From a virus (taxonomy: Duplodnaviria > Caudoviricetes), in IMG/VR virus record IMGVR_UViG_3300034101_006325, positions 64,001-128,000 of that record: a stretch of DNA of 64,000 nucleotides. One strand, given 5' to 3'. A program made the translations under genes and the position numbers. Positions 19,830 through 29,936 of this stretch are shown here, in pieces. Position 1 is the stretch's first letter. Every line of letters begins with the position of its first letter. Below the pieces are notes generated by a model. The model saw only the letters and a program-made list of their open reading frames with translations, did not search any database and was not told the origin of the DNA.

Positions 19830-20685
19830 AGTTGGCTCCGAGCGGCATGTTCACCTCCTCGGAATGTCCACAGGATGGACATGACGTCTCCTGCTTCATA
19901 ATTACACCCGGCTCGTGGTCCTTAATATAGTTCCTTAGAGCCAAAGAATCCCTGGCTGGCATGTGCTTGATGAAATTGGCGATCTTCGACCGATCCTCGA
20001 CTCCATCGACTGACACGATCGAATGCATGAGATTCGTCGTCACGTTGGACTCTCCGCTGAGACCCAACTTCTTCTGCTTCTCGGACAATGCAAGGAGCTC
20101 TTCCTCGTCCCTGCCTGTGAGGAACCTAAACTTAACGTTCTTCTTGCTAAAAGGCAACATAAACTGGAACAGATTTGTTCCATTCATGACGGGTGTCAGC
20201 TCGAGCCTCCTGATCGGCAACTCTGCCAAATTGAACTCGTGCTGTGTCTTTGTGCTACATGCCTGACATTCGATCTCGGCATTGTAATCCGGACCATATC
20301 CTGTAATCCTGATCGCAACCATCAGAGCATTTCGATCTCCACCAAGGAGATCAGCTGGGTTGACGCTCTTGTCAACAAGACACGACCTGAGGAGCTCAGT
20401 AATAACTGTACCCTTCTTCAACAAAGCCCTGCTGGTCAAAATATCCTCTTCTCTTGCGGTCATTGGTCGAATCTCGACGGCCTCCATCGCATGCAGCGAC
20501 GAATCAGGCGAATATACCTTGCCATTCGACGGCAACGGGACGACCTCAAGAGGTATATCTAAACCAAACTCTGCCTTCACCTTGTCTGCGGCCGACATCG
20601 ACGGCATCCGTGGATCAACACCCGGTGGGAGGTGAGAACCAGCTGAAAACACTGCATTACGTTGATCGCGATCTTCTGTGCTCAT
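19804..20685 (-). CDS. Tail/baseplate assembly chaperone (T4 gp26-like, gpG position)
   Basis: VPLPSNGKVY, IRPMTAREEDILT, two CxxC pairs (CQAC, CPSC), ends NFLWP; located between tube and tape measure genes. Confidence 0.8.
   Translation of the reverse strand: MSTEDRDQRNAVFSAGSHLPPGVDPRMPSMSAADKVKAEFGLDIPLEVVPLPSNGKVYSPDSSLHAMEAVEIRPMTAREEDILTSRALLKKGTVITELLRSCLVDKSVNPADLLGGDRNALMVAIRITGYGPDYNAEIECQACSTKTQHEFNLAELPIRRLELTPVMNGTNLFQFMLPFSKKNVKFRFLTGRDEEELLALSEKQKKLGLSGESNVTTNLMHSIVSVDGVEDRSKIANFIKHMPARDSLALRNYIKDHEPGVIMKQETSCPSCGHSEEVNMPLGANFLWPSSGR
19821..19833 (-). other. Putative +1 ribosomal frameshift site AAC-UUU-CUU-UGG-C
   Basis: UUU->UUC or CUU->UUU re-pairing links the chaperone frame to the 19557 frame. 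Confidence 0.62.
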
Positions 20686-20811
20686 TTATTTTTTCCTCAA
20701 ATTACAAGAAGCTGATGTATCGTAAACACCAGCGGCGACGCGTAAATAAACGAAACACAAAATTATGGACCAAATTATAAAATGCAGCAAATCAATCAAA
20801 ATATGCTTTGC

Positions 20812-21600
20812 TCATGTCTCGTGCTCGGCATCGTGACACGAAGAACACAGCACCCTGCCACTGACGTCGGCCTCCGCGTGGTACCACAGCACCCAGTCGA
20901 CGAAGCAGGTCTTGCGGTCAAAGTCGTCCCCAGGCTCGCCGAGGGTCTCGATGCCCTTCTGGAGGATCTCTGAGAACCTCTCCCCGTCGTGGTGCACCTC
21001 GAGGTCCCGCGTGGCTCCGCAGGCCGTGCACTTGAATCCTGCAGCCTTCATCTTCGGGAACGACCACTCACGATAGAGGCGGGATCGGCACATGGCACTG
21101 AGGGCGGAGGTGCCGCCGCGCCACTGTGAATGAGCTGATCCAGTCAGAGGAGTGATTAAACCTTTCTCCCACGAAGTCTTCATCGTTTTTGATCTTGCTT
21201 GACGAAAAGAATCTGACCCATAAGCTTTATTCGAAATTTCCCGAAAGACCTCGTTATTTTCTTTTGTCTTCCCGCGATTCCATGGATCTCTGCTCCACAG
21301 CCCTTCTTCTCTTCTCTTCTTGAGGCTCTTCTCTTTAGCAGATTCATTGTGTCCCCAGTTGTTGTTCACTCTGGCGGAATGGCCGCGAACGAACTTGGCA
21401 AATCCCCGCTGGAGTGACCAGAACTTCGGTGTCTGACCGCAGCCACATGCACACTTGACGTCTTTGCCGTCAAGAAACAGCTGACTATAAAGTTCGATAG
21501 AAGAGAGCTGATGCTTCTTTTGACAGTGAATTCTGATAGAATCAAGATCAGTTGATTGATATTCCTTACATGAAGGACAGGTAAATGTAGAAAGGTCCAT
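20812..21600 (-). CDS. Free-standing HNH homing endonuclease with N-terminal Zn-finger/NUMOD3-like module
   Basis: CTAC...LEVHHD...LCSSCHDAEH HNH core; N-terminal CPSC..H...H, CACGCG and PWNRGK. Start moved to ATG 21600 because the track start overlaps the tube gene. Confidence 0.8.
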   Translation of the reverse strand: MDLSTFTCPSCKEYQSTDLDSIRIHCQKKHQLSSIELYSQLFLDGKDVKCACGCGQTPKFWSLQRGFAKFVRGHSARVNNNWGHNESAKEKSLKKRREEGLWSRDPWNRGKTKENNEVFREISNKAYGSDSFRQARSKTMKTSWEKGLITPLTGSAHSQWRGGTSALSAMCRSRLYREWSFPKMKAAGFKCTACGATRDLEVHHDGERFSEILQKGIETLGEPGDDFDRKTCFVDWVLWYHAEADVSGRVLCSSCHDAEHET

Positions 21601-21679
21601 GGTAATAAGTATACCATGAACCTCTTTACTTGTATATTTGATTGCTGCTTTTGTTCTTCTTTTTTGTCGAATGTTAACG

Positions 21680-22171
21680 TCAAAATTGCAGCACACAATT
21701 GTCAAAGCGAAGTGTCATGCTGATTTCCATTGGACCGCCGTCCTCGTATGTGACCTCGCCGAAGTTTGCTTCTGTGATGAATGCGCCCTTGATGTCCCAG
21801 AGTTCGACGACGGTGCCGACGGGATCGAGCATTTTGAGTTGGATGTCGCGCTTGTAGAAGTCTGCGTAGCCTGCGCGGCCCGAGACCGATTCGAAGTGGG
21901 TGCGGACCCATTCCATCACCTGTTGCGCGCCCGAGGGAGCGATTGGGTCGTGGAGGGTGACCGAGATCGTGTTGAAGGTTGTTTTTCCTGCGAGGTAGCG
22001 TCTGCTGTTGATGAAGGGCACCTCGACCTCTTCTGTGGCGATCGTTGGTCGAGCCGCGGTCTTGATGATGTAGGCGTCGATGCCTTCGATCATGAGGATC
22101 CATCGGTTCTTGCGCTTCGGCTCGAACTTGTTAGGAATCATCGATGTAACGTCAAGTGTCTCTGCGGCCAT
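21680..22171 (-). CDS. Tail tube protein (T4 gp19-like)
   Basis: FEPKRKNRW, ARPTI, INSRRYLAGK, VTLHDPI, WDIKGAFIT..NFG motifs; directly downstream of the sheath. Confidence 0.92.
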   Translation of the reverse strand: MAAETLDVTSMIPNKFEPKRKNRWILMIEGIDAYIIKTAARPTIATEEVEVPFINSRRYLAGKTTFNTISVTLHDPIAPSGAQQVMEWVRTHFESVSGRAGYADFYKRDIQLKMLDPVGTVVELWDIKGAFITEANFGEVTYEDGGPMEISMTLRFDNCVLQF

Positions 22172-22196
22172 GTTTTAATCTCCTGTTATCCTTTTG

Positions 22197-22203
22197 TAAG
22201 TAT
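22197..22203 (-). promoter_or_regulatory. ATACTTA putative late-promoter motif upstream of the tail tube gene
   Basis: One of at least 14 ATANTTA copies placed just upstream of gene starts. Confidence 0.55.
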
Positions 22204-22356
22204 GCACAATTTTCGAAATTTTCGAGGGATTTTTAGTTTCTGTGAATTTGTCGCCCTCGAGGTCGACGTGTTTGAAGAGTAATTATTGAATATTGGTGAG
22301 GAGTTATCAGTTTATAATTTTTATCGAATTATTCTGATAACTCCTGCGAACCGCCG

Positions 22357-25300
22357 TCACTGCACCTGTTGTAGGTTGTTGGCCACCACGAAGTCGAGGC
22401 TGACGAACTCGATGCTCTTGGTGGGTTGGACGTAGATCTTTCCGCGGACCGTGTTGTTCTCGATGTCGACCTGCGTCGTGGTCGAGGAGTCGATGATGAC
22501 GCGGAATCTCTCGAGGCCGCTGAGTGCCTGGATCCTCTGGAGCCTTGGTGTGACCGCGGCCGAGAAGCGAGCGAGTGTCGCCTCGCGGTTGGGCTCGAAG
22601 ATGATCGTCTGCGCGATCTCGCGGACCTGACGCCTGATCTCGATGAGGAGGCGGCGGACGTTGACGCGATCGAGAGCCGATGCTGCGAGCTGTAGTGTCT
22701 TCTGACCCCAAATCACGAGGCCTGATGCAGGATTTGTTCCGCTCTTTGGCGATCCGACGAAGGCGATGAGTGGGTTGAGTCTCTCGTTGTAAAGCACGTC
22801 GAGGTCCTCTTCCTTGAGCTTCGTCCTCGCCTCGAGAGCTGCTGTTGGAAGAGCACCACGTGTGAAGCCTGCAGGAGCGAACCATGGGTGTCCGACAGCA
22901 TCGTTGAGCGAGAGTGCTCCCATCACGAGGACCGACGGTGGAACGAACACGTTGTTGCCATCGGGAGCCGAGTAGAGGACGTCTGGGAAGTAGGCCGATG
23001 CGAAGCTCGAGTCGATCGATCGATCCTTGAAGCTCGTCACAGTGTTGTTGACGGAGACGATTTGATCGTCGCTCTTGACCTCGTAGTCGGAGTCAATTCC
23101 TTCGTCGGTGTACTGCTCTACGTCCATGATGTAGAGAGCATCGAACCTATCCTCGACTGCGACTGTTGCGTAATCTGTCACCACTGGGTGACGAATGCCT
23201 GGGATGGCAAGGAGCTGGATGTCGATATTTGATGTATTTCTCATGATATCGACGGCCTTGAGGTATGCCTTTACGTTTGGTCCATTGTTGAGGAGACGAC
23301 CATTCGAAGCGATCATGTCCTCACTGATGGCGGCGTTGCTGAGCGTGAACTCATCCTGATCGAAGATGTTGACGCCGTTGAATCCGCCTTGGACGAAGAA
23401 CGTGAACTTTGAGTAGGTCCTGTTGACTGTCTCTCTCAAGTCCTTGACCTGAAGTGCTCTAGTCTTGTTGGCATTGTCCACACCGACCACGCCGCTTCTT
23501 ACGTAGACTGCGTCGTCCCACTTAAGTGTGTCTGCCAGACCAGATGATCCTGTGACGACCTGCACGTGCTCGAGGCTGAACATGTTGTTGCAGAACCTAT
23601 CGGCGTCGAGGATTCCATGGGTTGCCGTGTCTGCAACGCCATCGTTGTCACCCACAATGAATGGCATGAACGATGTGTGGAAATCTGGGAAGTACTTAGC
23701 ATAGCTCTTCATTGAGTCATTTGCAAGAACTGACGCATTTGGCTTTGTAATATTCTCGACGTGTTCAAACTGTGATCCCCAGTAGAATTTGTTGTTCGGT
23801 GCTTCTGCTTCTGTTCCAATGATACCGTCGGTGATCTTAAGGCGGTAAGGAACGGGTGGTACAACTGACTTTTGCAGGACGCTGAGATTGGGTATTCCAT
23901 TGATGCCGCCAAGGACAGGGTCTGAACTGTTTCCAAACTGTGGAAAGATCACACTTCCTGACGTCACAAGATGCGCAGGTCCTCTAAAGCCCATTGGAAT
24001 TGCTGTCGCGTCGACGAATCCATTTTCCACATCTGGGTGGACTTCAACCCTGACATATTTCGATCTGTTAGGATAGCTTCCATCGATAACGATCTTTTGT
24101 TCTTCGTCGTCGCGATCAAAGTCAAAGTAGGAGTTAATGTTTCCGATGATTTTTGCAATGTAGCGAGGAGATGTTGGATTGAGATCAACAGTAAAGCTTT
24201 CGCCAGTCGTGATAAGCGACTGTTTCTGGTCTCTATCGTTCCATTGTCTGATCTTTATTGTAAAGCTGCCGTATCTATTGACAGGATCTATTGAAGGTGT
24301 GATATTCTCAATTGAAATCTTGTAAAGAGTCGAGATATCCTGTCCTGCGTCGAGCGAGTGAAGTCTAAAGAGATTCACAGGCTTTCCACCGAACTTTTGA
24401 GAAATCACCCACGGTGACTTTGCATACCTGAATCTATCTTCAAAGTTCTCATAGTTTGGAACGTCAGCACTGCCAGTATTTCTATCTACCGAAGACGTTA
24501 GGATGAATGCTGAAGTTTCAGTTCCTGGCTTTGCCACGTGAGAAGTGGCTCCAGCTCCGTGTGTGCCCGAGAGAATTCCTGAGCCTGTAACGACTGCCAA
24601 AGAGCTGTGGATGTCCCAGTTTGCGTATAGATAATGACCTTTTTCTTGAATCTTAAGAGGATCTCTGTTGAGAACTTTTGCGAAGTATCCATTAGATGAC
24701 ACATCGAACGATGCTGTAATCGTGTTAGGATTATTTGCATCTCCTTTGTGCCCGTTCAAAAAGAGAACAAAGTCCTTCTTTGAGATGCTGTTCTCTGTGA
24801 AAACAACGGAACCAATTGTGGTGCCGTGAAGGCTTGGATCTCCTAGAGCACCTACAGTATTTGTGCCTAACTCTCCGCCAAAATTGGTGCCGCCGAGACC
24901 TGATGAAAGGGCCAAGAGAACGCCCGAGGGCGCCATTAGAACGCCTCTAACGATTGGAGTAGCAACATTTTGTCCTTTAACCTGCAAGCCAGCATCAGAA
25001 AGATAATTTGATCCTGCCGATTCTGACATAAAGCAGCCGAGGAAGTATGTCCTTCCCATCTCGCCGTCGTCGTTAGCGTATGGATTTTTATCGAGGGCCC
25101 CGAGCGTTCCACTTGGTTGCTCCTCACCGACGACGAATCCTGCATTTGTTACAGCACCTGGATTGGCTCCATTGCCATCCTGACGTTCAAGACCATCGCC
25201 GACGCCTAGGACACGTAGATAAGTGACTGCCTGTGCATTTCTTAGCCACTCAAGAACTGCCATTGGTCCAAAGTGTTTACTATCAACATTTCCGAATCTT

Positions 25301-25467
25301 GACTGGAAATCTGATAATAAACCCACCGTTACGGGAACGAATGCTGGTCCCTTGGCCGCAGTTCCGATGATGCCGGCAGGTATTCCTACTGGCTGAATCG
25401 CTACTGGTCCTGAGATGTCTATCTCGTTAGCTGTTACTCCTGCTGCTCCTAATTTTAGCTGTGCCAT
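22357..25467 (-). CDS. Tail sheath protein, paralog B (gp18-like)
   Basis: N-terminal GIIGTAAKGPAFVP; C-terminal PWFAPAGFTRG, RLNPLI, VIWGQKTLQ, ALDRVNVRRLL, GKIYVQPTKSIEFV. Confidence 0.93.
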   Translation of the reverse strand: MAQLKLGAAGVTANEIDISGPVAIQPVGIPAGIIGTAAKGPAFVPVTVGLLSDFQSRFGNVDSKHFGPMAVLEWLRNAQAVTYLRVLGVGDGLERQDGNGANPGAVTNAGFVVGEEQPSGTLGALDKNPYANDDGEMGRTYFLGCFMSESAGSNYLSDAGLQVKGQNVATPIVRGVLMAPSGVLLALSSGLGGTNFGGELGTNTVGALGDPSLHGTTIGSVVFTENSISKKDFVLFLNGHKGDANNPNTITASFDVSSNGYFAKVLNRDPLKIQEKGHYLYANWDIHSSLAVVTGSGILSGTHGAGATSHVAKPGTETSAFILTSSVDRNTGSADVPNYENFEDRFRYAKSPWVISQKFGGKPVNLFRLHSLDAGQDISTLYKISIENITPSIDPVNRYGSFTIKIRQWNDRDQKQSLITTGESFTVDLNPTSPRYIAKIIGNINSYFDFDRDDEEQKIVIDGSYPNRSKYVRVEVHPDVENGFVDATAIPMGFRGPAHLVTSGSVIFPQFGNSSDPVLGGINGIPNLSVLQKSVVPPVPYRLKITDGIIGTEAEAPNNKFYWGSQFEHVENITKPNASVLANDSMKSYAKYFPDFHTSFMPFIVGDNDGVADTATHGILDADRFCNNMFSLEHVQVVTGSSGLADTLKWDDAVYVRSGVVGVDNANKTRALQVKDLRETVNRTYSKFTFFVQGGFNGVNIFDQDEFTLSNAAISEDMIASNGRLLNNGPNVKAYLKAVDIMRNTSNIDIQLLAIPGIRHPVVTDYATVAVEDRFDALYIMDVEQYTDEGIDSDYEVKSDDQIVSVNNTVTSFKDRSIDSSFASAYFPDVLYSAPDGNNVFVPPSVLVMGALSLNDAVGHPWFAPAGFTRGALPTAALEARTKLKEEDLDVLYNERLNPLIAFVGSPKSGTNPASGLVIWGQKTLQLAASALDRVNVRRLLIEIRRQVREIAQTIIFEPNREATLARFSAAVTPRLQRIQALSGLERFRVIIDSSTTTQVDIENNTVRGKIYVQPTKSIEFVSLDFVVANNLQQVQ

Positions 25468-25489
25468 CTATGACTCCCGATCTACATGC

Positions 25490-25496
25490 TAACTAT
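25490..25496 (-). promoter_or_regulatory. ATAGTTA putative late-promoter motif upstream of sheath B
   Basis: Recurrent ATANTTA motif followed by a GGGAG SD. Confidence 0.55.
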
Positions 25497-25515
25497 TCTG
25501 TTAGTTTCAAATTTC

Positions 25516-28500
25516 TCAAACGAACTGCACGCCAGCGTTGGTTACGATGAAATCTATCGCAATGTATTCAATTGCTCTTGTCGGTACGACGACAATTCTT
25601 CCATTGAGACGATTGAGATCAACGTCAACCTGCGTGTTGTTTGTCTCGTTCATCACGACCTGGAAGGCCTCGATGCCTGCCTGGGTTTGGATGAGAGACA
25701 GTTGGAAAACTGCATCCGAAACGAATCTATTGCGAACAGCGGGCGTGTTCTGCTCAAACACGATCTTGTTTGCAATTCCGATGATGATCCTCTTGACCTC
25801 GAGGAGCAGGCGTCGGACATTGACTCGGTCAAGTGCTGATTTATTGATTTGAAGCGTCTTTTGTCCGTATATTACGAAGCCAAGACGTGGGAACGTTGCA
25901 ATTGGATTAATTCTTGAATCATAAAGAACGTCTCTATCTGCAACGCTCAATCGAACTGCTACGTTGGAAACAAAGTCAAGAGCTGCTCTGTTGAATCCTG
26001 CAGGAGCAAACCACGGGTATGACACACGATCATTAAAACCTAGGGCTCCAAGTGCAGCAACAGACGCGGGCACCTTGACTCGTCTCACGTTTCTTGTATC
26101 GTCGATGTATACATCAGGGAAGTAAGTTGCCGCATAGTTGTTGTCTATGACCCTGTTGTCAAAAGCGGAAGTTGTTTCCTTGACGTTCGGTCTAACAGCA
26201 GAATCATCATATATTCTTCTGCCTCCATCGTCATATGCAGGAATATCCATGACGTGCATTGCTAATCCATAATCACGAACTTTCTTTGAAGTTCTATCCA
26301 TAATGTAGGGTTCTCTAATACCAGGTATCGCGAGAATATTGACGCCTGCTGTGTACGGATCAGTCATTATTTCGACTGCTGTCATATATGAAGAAACGCC
26401 GTTGTTTTCCTTGCCTGTTCCTGAGACATTAGCACTAAATCCATCAGGGACATAGTTTGTCGAAGCGCCACCAATCGAAAGCGTATCAGCATCGAATGAA
26501 ACAGACTTATCATTGAGACGGCGAGCGTCGCGATCAAGATAATTTGTCCCATCGAAACCACCGTACATGAAGGTAGTAAACTTGGCAAAAGGTGAGAATC
26601 GATTGAAAACTGCCGGAGTAGCTTTTGAAAGAAGCGTAGCAAATGTTATTCTGTCTGTGATGGTTCCGTCAGAAACAGTGTAATTGCTTGAATCTGGTGT
26701 TGCATTCCTGAGATACGCTGCTTCCTTCATGTGTGTCGAAGCAGAACCAGTTAGATCGTTGACCGAACTGTTGTAGAATGCGACCTTGGCCAGAGTAAAC
26801 TTGTTATTGTTGAATTGATCTGCGCCTGAGCCTGTATGCAAGACGTCAAGCTTTTCAATTCCCATGAACTTAGTTAATGAACCAAGCAGAGAATTCTTTT
26901 CATTTATGACGTTGTTGTTTAAAACTTCTGATTCCTTGCTCAAGGCATTTCTTTCAAACTTAACGCCCCAGTAAAGTGCAGGGAGAGCAACTGATTTTGG
27001 TCCAGGCAATCCTGCAACTGTTGTGTTAGTATTGATTTCTCCTCTAGTCACCTTGTAACGATAAGGAATTGGAGGAAGCACAGATCCTGTGAGAATATTA
27101 CTGGGTGTAATCGATGGATTTGTTAAGGAACCTGAGAAGTAGGCGCCTAGTCTCGCGCTTCCCGTTGGAAGAATATCAAAAACATTGCCGTTATCATTTG
27201 TTTTAAGTAATGATGGTCCTCTAAAACCGAATGGCAAAGATTCATTCGGAACGAGCTTCTTAGCAACCAAGTCGGAGATTACTACTCTAACGTACTTTGA
27301 TCTATTTGGGTACTTACCAGAAGCAATCAGTCTTCTTTCTCGCGGGTCAACGGCATCGAAGTAGTAAGAAACTTTTCTATCTCCGATTAGCTTGCCAATA
27401 TAATTTGAAGAATCTGGATTTAGATCACAATTTGTGAATTGCTCTATAATGACGGGATTTGTGTCTGTATCGTTCCAATCACGTATCTGCACGTTGAACG
27501 TTCCAAATTTATCGGCATCGTCCGGCGAAGCCTTTATTGTTGCAATTGAAATCTTATAGAGTTGATTTGCATATTCGCCGTCGTCAAGTGCTTCGAGCTT
27601 AAAGAGATCGTACTCTGTTGTTCCAAAGGGTTGCGAAATAAACCAGGGTGTGACAGGTGCTTTAAACCTTGTGTCGTATCTTCCGAAAATTTCTCTAAAC
27701 TGCAGCGAAGGATCGCTTGCAGCAGAATTGTTTGATCCTGAAAGAACGGCAACCCAGCTGGCGGCCTCAACAGAAGCAATTTGATCATCGACAGCAAAAT
27801 CACCAAGCAGATAATGCTGATGTTCATTGAACCTATCGGGATCTGTGTTGAGTATCTTCGCAAAATAATTTTCAGCTGTCGGATCAAACGATGCCGAATA
27901 GATTCTTAGGCCTGGATTTCCGTCGTCGGCTGCAAACGACGCACCTAACGAAGAAGATATTCCTATCTTCACTATCGAAGAACCATTGACGCTGGCTGTT
28001 TTTCCTGCCTCGTCCTCGTGTGTAACTGAGCTTGTGATTGCCTGATCACCATTGAAGACTACCAAACGCGAGCCAGAAGGAACCATGACTAGCCCACGGA
28101 TGAGCGGTATTTTTGTGCCAGCAAATCCTGTGAACGTATCGTTGTCGCTAAACATCGGCATGCCATAAACTTCGTAATTTGAAGCCGTGTGTTCAGCGGC
28201 AAGGAATTGAACGACTGCTGTGTGTCTATTGAGTGCATTCGCATCAACTAGACCAGGCAAAGAGAAACCTGCGTTAGTAACAGTTCCACGTGTCAGAGTC
28301 TCATTGATATCATCAATTGTGTTGTTTGACCCTGCTCCGAGGACCCTCATGAATGTAAGTGAGTTTCTGTTCTTGAGGAACTCATTGACAGCATATGGAC
28401 CAAAGTATTTCGGATCAAGATTACCAAAGACTTCAACGAACTCATTGAAGTTTGCAACAGTGACCGGCACGAACGCAGGACCTTTATTGGCGGGTCCAAT

Positions 28501-28599
28501 AACACCAGCTGGCGTTCCTATTGGCCCTCCCTGTGCTGGGACCGACAGGTCTATTTCGCGCTCATAAAAGTTTGGTGACCTAAAAATCTGCTCGGACAT
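25516..28599 (-). CDS. Tail sheath protein, paralog A (gp18-like)
   Basis: SPNFYEREID, GVIGPANKGPAFVP, PWFAPAGFNRA, RINPI, IYGQKTLQ, ALDRVNVRRLL. Confidence 0.93.
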   Translation of the reverse strand: MSEQIFRSPNFYEREIDLSVPAQGGPIGTPAGVIGPANKGPAFVPVTVANFNEFVEVFGNLDPKYFGPYAVNEFLKNRNSLTFMRVLGAGSNNTIDDINETLTRGTVTNAGFSLPGLVDANALNRHTAVVQFLAAEHTASNYEVYGMPMFSDNDTFTGFAGTKIPLIRGLVMVPSGSRLVVFNGDQAITSSVTHEDEAGKTASVNGSSIVKIGISSSLGASFAADDGNPGLRIYSASFDPTAENYFAKILNTDPDRFNEHQHYLLGDFAVDDQIASVEAASWVAVLSGSNNSAASDPSLQFREIFGRYDTRFKAPVTPWFISQPFGTTEYDLFKLEALDDGEYANQLYKISIATIKASPDDADKFGTFNVQIRDWNDTDTNPVIIEQFTNCDLNPDSSNYIGKLIGDRKVSYYFDAVDPRERRLIASGKYPNRSKYVRVVISDLVAKKLVPNESLPFGFRGPSLLKTNDNGNVFDILPTGSARLGAYFSGSLTNPSITPSNILTGSVLPPIPYRYKVTRGEINTNTTVAGLPGPKSVALPALYWGVKFERNALSKESEVLNNNVINEKNSLLGSLTKFMGIEKLDVLHTGSGADQFNNNKFTLAKVAFYNSSVNDLTGSASTHMKEAAYLRNATPDSSNYTVSDGTITDRITFATLLSKATPAVFNRFSPFAKFTTFMYGGFDGTNYLDRDARRLNDKSVSFDADTLSIGGASTNYVPDGFSANVSGTGKENNGVSSYMTAVEIMTDPYTAGVNILAIPGIREPYIMDRTSKKVRDYGLAMHVMDIPAYDDGGRRIYDDSAVRPNVKETTSAFDNRVIDNNYAATYFPDVYIDDTRNVRRVKVPASVAALGALGFNDRVSYPWFAPAGFNRAALDFVSNVAVRLSVADRDVLYDSRINPIATFPRLGFVIYGQKTLQINKSALDRVNVRRLLLEVKRIIIGIANKIVFEQNTPAVRNRFVSDAVFQLSLIQTQAGIEAFQVVMNETNNTQVDVDLNRLNGRIVVVPTRAIEYIAIDFIVTNAGVQFV

Positions 28600-28639
28600 T
28601 ACATTTCTCCTTCAGGATACACGCTCAATGCTTGAAGCA

Positions 28640-28646
28640 TAAGTAT
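28640..28646 (-). promoter_or_regulatory. ATACTTA putative late-promoter motif upstream of sheath A
   Basis: Recurrent motif followed by a short hairpin (ATGCTT-C-AAGCAT) and an AAGGAG SD. Confidence 0.55.
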
Positions 28647-28682
28647 CATTGAAAAATCGATAATTTATATTTGTAGCAAAAC

Positions 28683-29936
28683 TTACATTTTATCTACGGG
28701 AATTAAGAAGATACCGTCTGTGATATCTGTAAGTGTATAGACTGTTTCACCATTCTTTAATTTTTTCGGTGTTCGTCCTCTTGGTATTGTTGTAAGTGCT
28801 GGGTCATTTTGGTCAACAGCATCTTCAGCATTTGACGGCTGCACTTTTTGTATACGCCAGCCGGGCCGACGCTGGTCGTCTCGAACATTTCCTCTATCAT
28901 CCAACGGAAGCGTTGGATCATCACTGCCTAGCACGTAGTTGTCGTACTTGACGCTCTCTTCTTGCGGGTTTTCGAGGCCGTTCCTCTCGGTTCCGACGTC
29001 GAAAGAAATAATTGGAGAAGAAATATATCTCTTGACAGGCACAGGAGAACCAGGAGATCGTGTGGCCCAGACATAAGCAGGAACCTTCACCATGAATTTT
29101 TGTTTAATAAATCTCTCGGAAGTTGACATGTCATCGAAATTTGTCTCCATAGAAAAGCTGCCATTTTCTACCATGGCTGTAAACCAATAACCTTTGGGAG
29201 TAGTAATCTTCCAAGATTGAGCTTGAGGCAAAAGCGAAGCAAGCAATTTTTCCATAATTTGATTCATGTGCTGTGTATATTGCGTCCAAATCATCACCTC
29301 GTACGTTGCCGTATAAAATTGAGGTGAAGGCACAACGATAGTTTCAAATATATTGTTTTTCAAATTACTTTTAAGCAACGCACCTTCTTGAACAGAATTA
29401 ACATCTCGAAGAATGCCTACTTCTCTGTCGGTGGTCAGCTGATTTGCGACCTGTTGTGTTGAGGACCCTACAGCAACATTCTGTTGATTTTGAATAAACA
29501 ATCTATTGATGAGATTCTGATAACTTCTATCGGTCTTGTCTAGACGCCTCCTGACGACAAGCTCACCTGTCTGTTGATTTATTCCTCGGCCAACAATATC
29601 ACTGCTGTCTTGAGATATTTCTGTTCTCATTACAGTTATTATTGGCAAGATGAGCGTGTTGCTCCTGTCACGAATAGGCTTGCCTTTTTTAAGAAGCGCC
29701 CATTTTTCTCCAGCAGCAAATATAACTGGTACTTTCTTGACCTCGGTCGAATCCTGCCCACCCACCATTACCTGAATTTCTTTATCAAAAAGGTTGAATA
29801 GAGCTATGTCGACGTCCTCTATTCCGCAGGGCGGAATATAAAGATCACTCTTAAGACCGTCATACCCAGATTTTATTCCTGGGACAGAATAATTTACTTG
29901 ATCTTTAGCGTCAAATCTTGTTGTCATAGGCTTCAA
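28683..29936 (-). CDS. Tail terminator / sheath stabiliser (gp15-like)
   Basis: IEDVDIALFNLFD, KVPVIFAAGEKW, LILPIITVMRT, PSPQFYTATYEVMIWTQY; position after the neck genes. Confidence 0.7.
   Translation of the reverse strand: MKPMTTRFDAKDQVNYSVPGIKSGYDGLKSDLYIPPCGIEDVDIALFNLFDKEIQVMVGGQDSTEVKKVPVIFAAGEKWALLKKGKPIRDRSNTLILPIITVMRTEISQDSSDIVGRGINQQTGELVVRRRLDKTDRSYQNLINRLFIQNQQNVAVGSSTQQVANQLTTDREVGILRDVNSVQEGALLKSNLKNNIFETIVVPSPQFYTATYEVMIWTQYTQHMNQIMEKLLASLLPQAQSWKITTPKGYWFTAMVENGSFSMETNFDDMSTSERFIKQKFMVKVPAYVWATRSPGSPVPVKRYISSPIISFDVGTERNGLENPQEESVKYDNYVLGSDDPTLPLDDRGNVRDDQRRPGWRIQKVQPSNAEDAVDQNDPALTTIPRGRTPKKLKNGETVYTLTDITDGIFLIPVDKM

Noticed and set aside
22307-22885. 192-aa alternative-frame ORF over the sheath C-terminus, plus similar ORFs inside the capsid, scaffold, tape measure and 736-aa genes
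   Set aside because: These are shadow ORFs created by strong codon bias in the real genes. They have low-complexity Arg/Ser translations and no SD or motifs.
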